From contig NC_043016.1 in assembly GCF_006345805.1 (NCBI RefSeq), positions 32,860,001-32,924,000 of the forward strand: a DNA stretch of 64,000 bases, given 5' to 3'. Below the pieces are notes generated by a model. That model did not search any database. It worked only from the letters and a program-made list of their open reading frames with translations, and was not told the origin of the DNA. This stretch comes from Octopus sinensis. Its lineage: Eukaryota. Positions 23,911-35,679 of this stretch are shown here, in pieces. Position numbers and translations under genes: made by a program. Every line of letters starts with the position of its first letter. The first letter of the stretch is position 1.

Positions 23911-26835
23911 TAAGGCAATTAGAAGCATGAAGACAGGGAAAGCCCCAGGCCCATCAAGAATTACTGCAGAGATGCTCAAAATATCTGGCAGTGTCGGCTA
24001 TAGCCTAGTCACCCGTATAGTTAACCAGGTGATACACGAAGGAGTCATACCCAATGACTGGTGTAGTAGCATAATAGTCAACTGCTACAACGGTAAAGGT
24101 GACGCCCTACATACAAGTAATTACAGAGGTATCAAGCTGTTAGATCAGGTAACGAAGGTTACGGAAAGGGTCATAGCCCAACTGATTAGGGAGAGAGTCA
24201 ACCTGGATGAGATACAGTTCGGTTTCATGCCAGGGAAAAGCACCACCAATGCCATATTTCTGGTGAGACAGCTGCAGGAGAAATACCTAGCCAAAGATAA
24301 AACTCTGTACCTGGCTTTCGTTGACTTGGAGAAAGCCTTTGACAGGGTGCCCCGATCCCTTATCTGGTGGTCAATGAGGAAACTAGGGATAGATGAATGG
24401 TTAGTGAGAGCTGTGCGAGCCATGTACAGGGACGCTGTTAATAAGGTGAGGGTTGGCAACAAGTACAGTGAAGAATTCCGGGTAGGGGTAGGGGTTCACC
24501 AAGGCTCAGTCCTCAGCCCCCTCCTATTTATCATAGTCCTCCAGGCAATAACGGAGGAATTCAAGACAGAATGCCCCTGGGAGCTCCTCTATGCTGATGA
24601 CCTTGCTCTAATTGCTCAGTCACTATCAGAACTGGAGAAGTTTCAGGTGTGGAAGTAAGGATTAGAATCGAAGGGCCTGTAGTGACGTTATTTTCCAGTG
24701 TGCGCACAGGCAACGTCATTCTTCAGTGTGCGTGTGCGGAACGTAATTCCTCAGTGTGCGTGTGCAGAACGTAATTCTTCAGTGTGCGTGTGCGGAGCTG
24801 GAACCTTCTGGAAAGGCCTGAGGAAGTTCCCTCATGCACATGCGCTAGAGACTGGGGAAGAAAATTCTTTCGCGTTCCTTGTTAGCGTCGTTGACTTGAG
24901 AAACGGCTATTGAAGAGAAAGGACGTGTGAAACGTGTGATCAGCCATTCTCCTGTTCCTGACGCTTGGGATTTGACCTGCTCTGTTGCTGCTAAATTTGT
25001 TGTAAGAATCTTACAAATGTTAAAATTCAGCCTTGCTATATTTAACCAAGTGGATACCAATATACCAACGTGCTTCATTTGTAAATAAGAGAATAAAGAA
25101 TCATATATATTTTTAAAGTTGCGTTTTGTTCCTGACTGGTAGGTTCTGGAAACAAGGCTGAATTTTAACAGTTGTAAGATTCTTACAACAAATTCAGCAG
25201 CAACAGACCAGGTCAAATCCCAAGCGTCTAGAACAGGAGAATAGCTGATCACACGTTTCACACGTCCTTTCTCTTCAATAGCCGTTTCTCAAGTCAACGA
25301 CGCTAACAAGGAACGCGAAAGAATTTTCTTCCCCAGTCTCTAGCGCATGTGCATGAGGGAACTTCCTCGGGCCTTTCCAGAAGGTTCCAGCCCCGCACAC
25401 GCACACTCAAGAATGACGTTTCGTGTGCGCACACTGGAAAATGACGTCACTACATGCCTTAGAGTCAACCTAGCTAAAACCAAAGTCCTAATAAATAGGA
25501 AGGTAGACAAATCACAAACGCCTTCAGGTAGATGGCCCTGCTCGATCTGTAGAAAAGGCGTAGGTAGGAATTCTATAAGATGCACCAAGTGTAAGCTATG
25601 GACACATAAGAGGTGCAGCAATGTCAAAGGAAGGCTAACTGGGAAGATACGTTTTGTATATGGCAGATGCTCTGGTGCAATAAACACTGAAAATGCGCAG
25701 AGATCATCCTCCGCCACATTCCAGGGAGAAAAACTAGAAATAGTTGATAGTTTCCATTACCTAGGTGATCAAGTCAGTAGCAGGGGTGGCTGTGCTGAAA
25801 GTGTAATTGCTAGAGTAAGAATAGCCTGGGCAAAGTTCAGAGAGCTCTTACCTCTGCTGGTAACAAAAGGCCTCTCTCTCAGAGTAAAAGGCAGACTGTA
25901 TGACGCATGTGTACGAACAGCCATGCTACATGGCAGTGAAACATGGGCTGTGACTGCTGAGGATATGCATAAGCTTGCAAGAAATGAAGCCAGTATGTTC
26001 CAATGGATGTGTAATGTCAGTGTTCATAGCCGACACAGTGTAAGTGCCTTGAGAGAAAAGTTGGACCTAAGAAGCATCAGACATGGTGTGCAAGAGAGAC
26101 CTCTACGCTGGTATGGACACGTGGTAAAATTGGATGAAGATAGTTGTGTGAAAAAGTGCCACACCCTAGCGGTTGAGGGAACCTGTGGAAGTGGTAGACC
26201 CAGGAAAACCTGGGACGAGGTGGTGAAGCACGACCTTCGAACTTTAAGTCTCACCGAGGAAATGACCAGAGACCGACCTTTGGAAGTAGGCTGTGCGTGA
26301 GAAGACCGGGCAGGACAAGTGAGACCATAACCCGTGGCCTCTACCTAGGACGTAGTCAGTCCACCTGTGCATACCTTCCTTCTTGGGACACAAAACTCTA
26401 CTTGTGAAGACCTGTTGAAGCAAGTGAAAATCGAAATCGATCAACATCAATGGAATTTGTAGTTGTGATACCAGTGCCGGTGGCATGTAAGAGAACCATC
26501 CGAACGTGGCCGTAGCCAGCGCCGTATCGACTGGCCTCTGTGCCCGTGGCATGTAACAAACACGATCCAATCGTGGCCATTGCCAGCCTCACCTGACCTC
26601 CGTGCCGGTGGCACATAAAAAGCACCATCCGAGCGTGGCCGTTCGCCAGCCTCGTCTGGCACATGTGTCGGTGGCACGTAAAAAGCGCCCACTACACTCA
26701 CGGAGTGGTTGGTATTAGGAAGGGCATCCAGCTGTAGAAACACTGCCAGATTTGACTGGCCTGGTGCAGCCTTCGGGCTTCCCAGACCCCAGTTGAACCG
26801 TCCAACCCATGCTAGCATGGAAAGCGGACCTAAAC

Positions 26836-26869
<34 letters not shown>
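23911..26869 (+). mobile_element. RTE-clade LINE copy 3, 5'-truncated, interrupted by the fold-back LTR element
   Basis: ORFs 23768..24658 and 25347..26300 match copies 1 and 2; (gat)n tail runs to 26869. Confidence 0.95.
24678..25454. mobile_element. Fold-back element made of two inverted Gypsy-type LTR 5' portions
   Basis: Begins tgtagtgacg and ends cgtcactaca. 24678..25035 pairs with 25153..25454. Shares motifs with LTR 15030..15559 (ttgtaaga(a/t)tcttacaa, aataaag, gttgcgttt..tgactggtag). Flanks are GGCC/TGCC. Confidence 0.85.
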
Positions 26870-29283
26870 TAGTATATATAGATTTATTATTTTATTCAAT
26901 TATACAGTTGATCAAAATATCAATTAATATTAAACTAATTTACTTAATTGTAATATTATGTAATAAATAGACCACCTAACTTTTAAATAATATATTGTCT
27001 TACAAAACTAATTCTCGAATTAAATTATATAATTCGTTAAATCACATTATAAAATTAATAATAATCATAAAACATAATAAATAAATAGATATACATATCG
27101 TAACTATATATAAATTAATATTTTAGCTACAATAATAATCATAATAATAATCAAACTTAATACAATTCAAAAGTTAAATAATATTGTTAAATAAAAAACA
27201 TTACTTAGCGTTTATAAGAAATTAAACTCGTGAAGACGTGTAAAAAATATAATAATATTATCAATGAAAATGATGAAAAATATTTATTAATGAAAAATTA
27301 ATTTAAGCTTCATGAATGAAAGAAAAATAGAATAACAAAAGAACTATAAATGACTATTTACTATAAATTAATTACCAAATAATTATTACATAAAATATAC
27401 ATATAATATTAAATTAATTTATATTACTATAATTAATAGGTCTTAATAAAATTATAAATAATCATTTATGTATTAGGAAATATCTAAGTTTAAAATTATT
27501 CAAATATATTAATATAACACATAATAATATAGTAAATTATACACTAATACTACTAAATTATATCTACAATAATAACATAAAAAGAAAGAAGGTTTTATAC
27601 ATACGGAAAAATAAGCTAAACGTATCATATAGATAAATAAATTTATGTTAGCATTTAATTTTAAATGACTTTTTACTATAAATTTAAAGTTCAAATAATA
27701 AATAAGTAAAATATATATATCATATTTAAATTAATATATATTACTATAATTAATATATCTTAATCAATTTATATAATCATTTATTAGCTAAACCTATTAT
27801 ATAGGTAATTTAATTGATGTTTACATTTAATTTTACGTTCCTCTAATGAGTTTACTAACACATAGTTGTTATTAAATAATATTTCTTTTAATTCATTATT
27901 ACACAATGAACAATAATTACTCCATATAGAATATGATTTAGCCCTACAAATAATCTCCCAAGTTAATTCATATTTAATAGATCTAGATCTAAGGTCTCAA
28001 ATATATTTACTGAGACCTGTTGAATTTATTAGATTTTTATTCCTAAAAGAATACATATGTTGTGCTACTCTAGATTTAATTTTATTCAAAGTGGACCCTA
28101 TATAAATAGTGTTTAAATTATGATAATTCAAATTCTTATCATCTATTAAAGTTACCATACACTTATAGACTACATTATCTAAATTACAATTATTAAATTT
28201 ACATGTAGTTTTATCCCTACATGTACAATAAATTATATCTTGGTCTTTATTATTATTATTGGAATCAATGTTTAATATATCTTTGTAGAATTTATTTAAT
28301 TTAAATGTATTAAATGAAGAAATATTACCAACATTAGTAGTAGTTGAATACCCAACTCCAAAATTATTAGTAGAAAAAATGTTATATTTTTTATTATCCA
28401 TAATGAATATTTCAATTATATTTAAAATCCTTTTAATAAGATTTACTTTAAACTGAACCCCAAAAGGAACGATTAACCATATTTTATTTTTATATTATTA
28501 TTATTATATTTTTTGTAATATTAAATTTATTATCTTCATTAATTGAATTTAATTTTATCTTATTTTTATTTTTCATTCCAATATTAAATGTATTATTTAC
28601 ATCATCAAAATACCTATTATTATTAGGATGATAGATACCTAAATAAAATTTATCATAATTCAGATAATTAGGTTTATCATTATAAAAATCATTTATATTA
28701 TACTCCTTCAAATTATAATTATGTTTACAAGTATTAAAGAATTTAATATTATTATTATATCCTGCATCATGCAGGGCTTTATTATAACAAGGTGCATGTT
28801 TATTAAAAATCTCTAAATCATAAGCAAGTAATGATATTCTTTTACCTACATTATTTATCAACGATTCTTTAACAGAAGGTGGATGATTACTATAAGAATG
28901 AATATATTTCAGATTTTCGTTAATTTTATGGAATGGTTGGGTTTCACAACATTATTAAATAAAATTAACATCTAAATAATTAACATTATAGTTCTCATTA
29001 TAAATAGTAATACTTAAACCATATCTTTTAAAGAAATTATCAAGTTTCTTTTTATATAATTCTAATTTTCTATTTGTACAATCCCTAGTAAGTAATAAAA
29101 GGTCATCCCTATATAGACCACCCTCCTACTTAAATTTTTCTAATTGAAGTTCTGATAAAAAAAATACCTACTAAATCAGTAGCCTGTGCAGAATCTGGTG
29201 CCCCCATAGGTATATCAAAATAGTCTCTAGTATCCTTCCTAGCCCATAATTTATTATTATATCTAATTAAAGATTTCCTAGCC
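26870..29283 (-). mobile_element. Mirror copy of the AT-rich Penelope-like element
   Basis: ORFs 27997..28401, 28490..28861 and 29130..29312 match 4330..5722. Confidence 0.85.
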
Positions 29284-29287
29284 AGCA

Positions 29288-30066
29288 ACTGAGCAAGAGT
29301 TTTTTTGTACATGGCACAAAAGATTGTGCAGCAGCTGACCTGGCAACTTCAAGCACAAACAAGGAACCTTGTCCACCACAGTCAACAGACACGGGATGGC
29401 CTCCCCTAACGCCTGTACAGTCATCACACAAATACTTTTACTATATATTGGGGCCTTTTGCATTACAATAAAAGCAAAATTTCTTTCCTGAGAGATCTTA
29501 CTGCATGCAATCAAGCCCTATGCATAGCACTCATGGAAACTCACCTCAGCCTTGATATAGAGGATGCAGAAGTACACATACCAAAATATGCCAGACTATG
29601 AACAGACAGAAGGGAAAGGAGCCATAGTGGAGTTGCTGTATACATCCATGTCGACCTCACACTGCAGGTCTTACTGTCATACTCAAATTCAGTATGTGAC
29701 ACTCTAATTGTATACATAAGACAACATAATATAGTCATATGCAATACATATTGACCACCAGATGCTCCAAACCAAGTTTGAAGATTGCTTCACAAGAATT
29801 AAAGAAATCCTCATGAATCTGGATCACCACATGACCATATTTCTTATGGGTGATTTCAACTTACACAACATCAAATGGCCCAAATGTCACATACTCTAAG
29901 GATTGACTCATTGCAAGCAAGCACAGGTGGAGTCCATGCTCAACCTCACCAATGCCCTATTCATGGAGCAAGCAGTACTCAGACCAATTAGGGTAAATAA
30001 CATTCTGGATCTCTGCTTCATGAACAATATGGACATCATTCATGATGAGAAAGTGACGCCGACATT
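29288..30066 (+). mobile_element. Mirror copy of the CR1/L2-group endonuclease fragment
   Basis: Reverse complement of 3649..4435. Confidence 0.75.
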
Positions 30067-30126
30067 ATATACATACATATATATACACATATATATATAA
30101 ATATATGTATATACATACATACACAG

Positions 30127-30171
<45 letters not shown>

Positions 30172-31139
30172 CACACACACATACATATATACATATATAC
30201 ACATACATACATATAAACATATACATACATACAGATAAGTATATATATATATATACACACATATATGCACACACATATACACACACACGTATACACACAG
30301 ATGTATACAGGGAGTGAGAGTGAGAGAAAATACAGAGAATAATGAGGCATTGTAAACAATTTAATTAGCTACATGGGTTTCAAATAGACTAGCACGACAA
30401 ACTGATGCAAACATATACACAGAGACACACACATATGTATATATATGCAAGTCAATGAGTTTTCGCATTTGTGCATATATACATATATACTTGAGATAGT
30501 TGTACATGAAATGGTAGGGATTGTGAAGGTTGGTGTTTACCACAGCAACTGTGTCTCATTCCTGTTTATATAGTCTTTTATTTTTAGTGTTTTCGTGTAA
30601 TTAAGAATTTGGTTTATTGATGAAATGCTAGAAATATGCAGTGATTTGTATTTTTATTTTTTTTGTAATTTATTGAGAGCTGCTGAAAAGATTGTAGGCC
30701 TAAACAAGAATGTATTGTTTATGCAACTCATTTGTTCTTTTGTTTCTGTGGTAATGCAATATCCATGGGTATTTTAGTTGTTTGCTTTCTTTACTTACTA
30801 TGTAGAGATGCTCAGATCAATTTATCCATTACTTTTAGGACGCTAAGTTAAATTTGAAGAATATTCGGTACCTACTGAGTGACTACAGAGAAGCTTCTTC
30901 AATGGCTTCAGAAACTGAATGCCTGCTTAATATTCTGAACAAAATTCCTATTGTATATGTTTTGAGTATATATTGATGTATTTTTAATTACTGATTGAAT
31001 AAATCTCAAATATAAATATACTACAGGTATGCCGGTGTACTAATGTTCAGCTGATGAGAACCAAAAATGTTAGAAGGAAACCAAAAATGAATACAAATGT
31101 GATGTTGAAACCAAAGAATACATTTAACCCTGATTTAAA

Positions 31140-32219
31140 TTACACATACAACCCACGGTAAACTATTCTGTCAACTTGATCCATTTTACATTTCATTGAG
31201 TCATCTATAAACCAATGTCCAAATTTTTTGGCTCGTTTTAACTTTTTTGCATTTCCAACTACCCAGTTATTGTTAATAATAACAACATGTTTCTTCTGAC
31301 GATTTTCTAATTTCATTTCATACCATTTTCCATCAATATATCTGTCCCGTGGAAGAACTTCATATTTTATTCCACCAAATTTTTTCTGAATAAGTCCCAT
31401 AAAGAATATCTGGTCATTTTTTCCTTCAGATACTGCTTTTTTATCATCTTTTCCATCAATTTCTTTGCCAAGACGTCTCATCTTTGAATTCAGTTCTTGC
31501 CAGAGAGTTTTCACAGCGTTTGTAGGCTTCATATATATGAAACCTCCAGCAATAGATCTTTTTCTGCCAGCAATACATGTAACTATCATATCATTTTTCA
31601 ATGCTATTTTTTTGCATTCATCAATAGGATTAGAAACCCAAAGACAGTCAACTTCAAATAAAAGAATTTCAATATCATTCTGCAATAAAGAATTTAAAAT
31701 TTCTGTACGTTTCACCATTAGTTTTACATAACCAACTTTACTATAAGTTTGATTACCATTTAGTGAAGTCTCGGGCAACACAACAACTTTGACATTAGGC
31801 CAATCCTTCTCAAATTGTTGTTTTGATATAGCATCTGTAGTAATAAAGAGAATTTGCTCATGGATACCCATATTAATAGTGTTACACAACCAACTATAGA
31901 CAAAAGGTAAATAAGCATTGTTAATAAGAGTAAATAAAACTAAATTATGTTTTTTCATAATATCTTTAGCAATTTCAACTGACTGGCTGATTACACCTTG
32001 AAGATTTTGAGAATAGCTCTTTTGTTCACTTGTTAAAATTTGAGATTTCAATTCATTTTTCTGGAGCATTTTCATCCCAATGAACACAAGTGTGCAAGCA
32101 AATATAGAAAAGAAAATAATAAACATAAATAACGTTTTAGACAAAGCATTTTCACAGATATTGGCATTCCTGTGTAACTTGACAGTGATATGTCCAGAAA
32201 ACTTTGATGTTATATCACA
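31140..32219 (-). CDS. Nucleotide-diphospho-sugar transferase (GT77/PF03407-like), type II membrane protein; open terminal coding exon (359 codons + stop)
   Basis: ORF 31140..32300; polypyrimidine-CAG acceptor ends at 32220, in phase 0. Hydrophobic TM segment TLFMFIIFFSIFACTLVFIGM, a stem, then N.AYLPF..SWLCN, KRT.IL..LL, LLFEVDCLW..NP, AGGF, NDQ and NNWVVG..K..R.K..G.W. Start codon or upstream exon not identified. Confidence 0.85.
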   Translation of the reverse strand, partial: CDITSKFSGHITVKLHRNANICENALSKTLFMFIIFFSIFACTLVFIGMKMLQKNELKSQILTSEQKSYSQNLQGVISQSVEIAKDIMKKHNLVLFTLINNAYLPFVYSWLCNTINMGIHEQILFITTDAISKQQFEKDWPNVKVVVLPETSLNGNQTYSKVGYVKLMVKRTEILNSLLQNDIEILLFEVDCLWVSNPIDECKKIALKNDMIVTCIAGRKRSIAGGFIYMKPTNAVKTLWQELNSKMRRLGKEIDGKDDKKAVSEGKNDQIFFMGLIQKKFGGIKYEVLPRDRYIDGKWYEMKLENRQKKHVVIINNNWVVGNAKKLKRAKKFGHWFIDDSMKCKMDQVDRIVYRGLYV

Positions 32220-32293
32220 CTGCAAAAAAAAAGAAAATAAAAGATAATATATAATATATATGTATATAAAGACAGTAACAATAACATGAAGAA

Positions 32294-32488
32294 GGTGCAT
32301 GGCTCAGTAGTTAGGGCATCAGGCTCGCAATTATGAGGTAGTGAGTTCGATTCCTGGACTGGGCCGTGTGTTGTACTCTTAAGCAAGACACTTTATTTCA
32401 TGTTGCTCCAGTTCACTCAACTGCGGAAATGAGTTGCAATATCACTGGTACCAAGCTGTATCAGCCTTTGCCTTTCCCTTGGATAACA
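32294..32488 (+). mobile_element. tRNA-derived SINE 5' half (family A)
   Basis: Mirror of 1221..1414; box A/B motifs. Confidence 0.75.
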
Positions 32489-33479
32489 TCAGTTAATATA
32501 AAAAATAGTTTCAGTCATTAGACTTTAGCCATGTTGGAACACCACTTTGAATTTTTTTGTTGAATGAATCAACCCCAGTACTTCTTTTTAAGCCTGGTGG
32601 TTATTATATTAGACTCTTTTGCCGAACTGCTAAGCTGTTGTCAAGTAGTGAGGGGTGGGAGAGGGGAAAGACAGACAGAAAGATACACACACACACACAT
32701 GCATCCACTGACAAGGCTTTGGTTGGTCTGAGGTTATAGTAGAAAATGCTTGCCCAAGGTACCATGTAGTGGGACAACCTGGAACCATGTGTTGAGGAGC
32801 AAGCTTCTTACCACACAGTCCCTTTCTTTTATATTCACTTATCACTTATGATTTTTTAGGCATTTACCTTTGATACTGCAGCATTTCAGTTCACTTCATC
32901 CAGGTTAAAAAAAGTTATATAAGAAAGTCAATCTTTGGATTACTATCACATCTAAGGGCCCTAAGACAGTTATGTAGCAGAATTTTATATGCTAAAAAAA
33001 AGATTTTAATAAAAGATGTATCATTCTCCATTCTTTATTCTGTATTTCTTATACACCCTGAATTTTATAAGAATCTTTTGAAGCAAATTCAGGATTTACC
33101 AATTCAAAGAAGCCCCAAAACAATTGTTTATTCTAAACGATTCCAAATGTTTCCTAATATTTGATGTGGCTAGCCAAGTCTAGATTTTTAACAGTGTTAG
33201 TAAAGTATCTACCTGGATTTAAAATCCCTATTCCTTTGTGGTACACACACATATTGATGGGTTACATGGTTTGACTGAAACTGGTAAGCTGGAGAGCTGC
33301 ATCAGATTCCAGTCTAATTTAAGAAGAGCTGGATGCCCTTCCTAATGCCAACCACCCCAAGAGGGCAATGGGTGCTTTTATGTGCCACCAGCATGAGTAC
33401 CATTTACATGGCACCAGTAATGACTATAATTTCACAGGTGTGTGTGTGTGTGCATATGTGTGATGTATGTATGTATAGG

Positions 33480-33796
33480 TAATGACACCCTTCAGTCATG
33501 AGTGACCATGGGATTACACCTAGAAGTTCCCCTCTGAGGCACAAGTCCAGGCAAGGTTGTTTATGAAAGACCAGCCATGCATACCAGCCTCCCCTCTTCA
33601 TGCCACCAATGTTATCCAAGGCAAAGGCCAACAGCTTGGTACCAGTGACATCGCAACTCATTTCTACAGCTGAGTGAACTGGAGCAACATGAAATAAAGT
33701 GTCTTGCTCAAGAACACAACACGCAGCCCGGTCCGGGAATCAAACTCATTACCTCATGATTGTGAGCCTGACACTCTAACCACTGAGCATTACACC
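33480..33796 (-). mobile_element. tRNA-derived SINE (family A), full length
   Basis: Minus strand reads gctcagtggttagag (box A), gagtttgattcc (box B) and ttgagcaagacactt (CORE-like). Confidence 0.8.
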
Positions 33797-34245
33797 TTAT
33801 CTGTTTAGTTTAGCTTGGGCAAAAGCCTCATTATGCCTTCTTAAAAGCTCCTGTGCTTCTTAATGTCAGCTGCCACATGTTAATTCCATCTCCCAGGGTA
33901 ATCTAATAGTATGGGCATACATTTGGAACTCCTTTCTGCTTAGGATAAATACTACAATAATAACATGCAGATTGAAATTCAAAGGCTTTGTTAATTAAGC
34001 TTGATTAATAAAGTTTAATAAAACCTATTAATTACCATCCCCTGTTATTATTGTTGTGTGTGTGTGTGTGTGCTATGCAATTGGACTGAGCATAAAAACA
34101 GAGCAATGTGCAGAGGAATCATACACACACATACATCCCATATATAGCATCATTCAAAAGCTAAAATGATGCAAAGCACATTGTAACCAGTGATATATAA
34201 CAATATCCAATGATCTGGTTGGTCAAATTATTTATATATATATAT

Positions 34246-34640
34246 ATCATCATTTAACGTCTACCTTCCATGCTGGCATGGGTGGGACGGTTTGACAAGA
34301 GCCAGCCAGGCAGAAGCCTGCACCAGACTTCTGTGACTGTTTTGGCAGGATTTTTACAGATGGATACCTTTCATAACACCAACCACTAAGCAGAGTGGAC
34401 TCTTATATGTGGCAGAGCTTTTTACATGGCACAAGCACAGGTGAGGTCAGTTTTGGCAAGGCTTTTACAGTTGGACGCCCTACCAAACACTAACCACTTT
34501 ACAGTGTGAACTGAGGTACTTTTAAATGGCACCTGCACTGACAGGGTCGCCAAGTACTTGCTAGACAAAAAAAATTTCAAGAGAGGAGTCATTGGAGGAG
34601 GAGGACAGATAGAAGTGTCTTGCTGCAGAGGAATACAAGG
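34246..34640 (-). mobile_element. Old RTE 3'-UTR-related repeat
   Basis: tcatcatttaacgtctaccttccatgctggcatgggt resembles the RTE tail at 6868..6920. Similar fragments at about 290..450 and 37186..37370. Confidence 0.6.
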
Positions 34641-34650
34641 TTACCCATCC

Positions 34651-34768
<118 letters not shown>

Positions 34769-35679
34769 TCAGGAATGAAGACAGAAACAGGTGAGCTACT
34801 GCAAAGGAAATACACAGTTACTCAACCTGAGTGTGTTTGTGTGCGTATGAGTATCTACCTCTGCATGAGTATATATACGTATGTACGTATCTATGTGTAC
34901 ATATTCTTCTGTATGTATATTCGTCTTTTCCTACTTGTATCCCTTTCCCAGTGTCGAAACACACTAGGATCATAAATTAGGTCAGCCCACAACATACATC
35001 ATTAACATCCTCATCCTTCGATGCCATACAATTGTTTAGTTATCTATTTAATAGATCTTTTCACTTCAAGTTGTCACAGACTAATGCAGCTGTGTGATCA
35101 AATGCATCATCTTCCATTGGACAAATTTTGGTAACAATGGTTCTGCCTGTACTGGCTGACACACTGGCAGCATATGATGGATAAACCATTTTGCTATATG
35201 CAGCACTGCCCACTGTACTACCTCTCCTTCTTCTTTTCTGTTCTTTTTCTTCTTCCTTGCCTTTGGATTCTTCCCCTCCTTCTACTTCTCTTTCACCTTC
35301 TTCCATTCCTTTTCTTACTCATATCTTTATATGTATCCACCCTCTTGATTCCTCTCCACCACCAGCACATAATATCTTCCCCACAAACTCATTCTACACA
35401 CACACTTTTAATTTTTTCTTTTTTATTTTCTCTTGGTACTTTCCTAACAAGCTCTGATAGATGCACAATGTAATAGCACACCTTTGATGCAAGTCTGAGG
35501 AAGTGCCTCTCCAATGCCTAAAACTGCAAATACTATGCAATTTTTATTTTAAATTTTTTATACAAACTGGTGTTGCAAATGGAGATAGTAGGGAAACATT
35601 TGTAACTTATAATTAAAGATGTGTTAAGAATTTTCTTTGTCTTCTTTTCATTGGTGTATATGTATATATATATACACTT

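Larger units (their letters stand above)
23911..33704 (-). repeat. Right arm of large inverted duplication A
   Basis: Reverse-complement match to 1..9015, plus the extra insertion at 24678..25454. Confidence 0.97.

Noticed and set aside
23768-24658. 296-aa ORF that looks like a novel N-terminal extension on an RT
   Set aside because: It is a chance fusion of antisense CR1 sequence to truncated RTE copy 3 at the rearrangement junction.
24713-24796. Three 29-bp direct repeats resembling a CRISPR array
   Set aside because: The units are contiguous with no spacers, lie inside an LTR, and the context is eukaryotic with no cas genes.
32220-32300. N-terminal 27 aa of ORF 31140..32300 as the true start
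   Set aside because: It begins in a SINE and runs through a TA tract and a polypyrimidine-CAG acceptor, so it is most likely intron.
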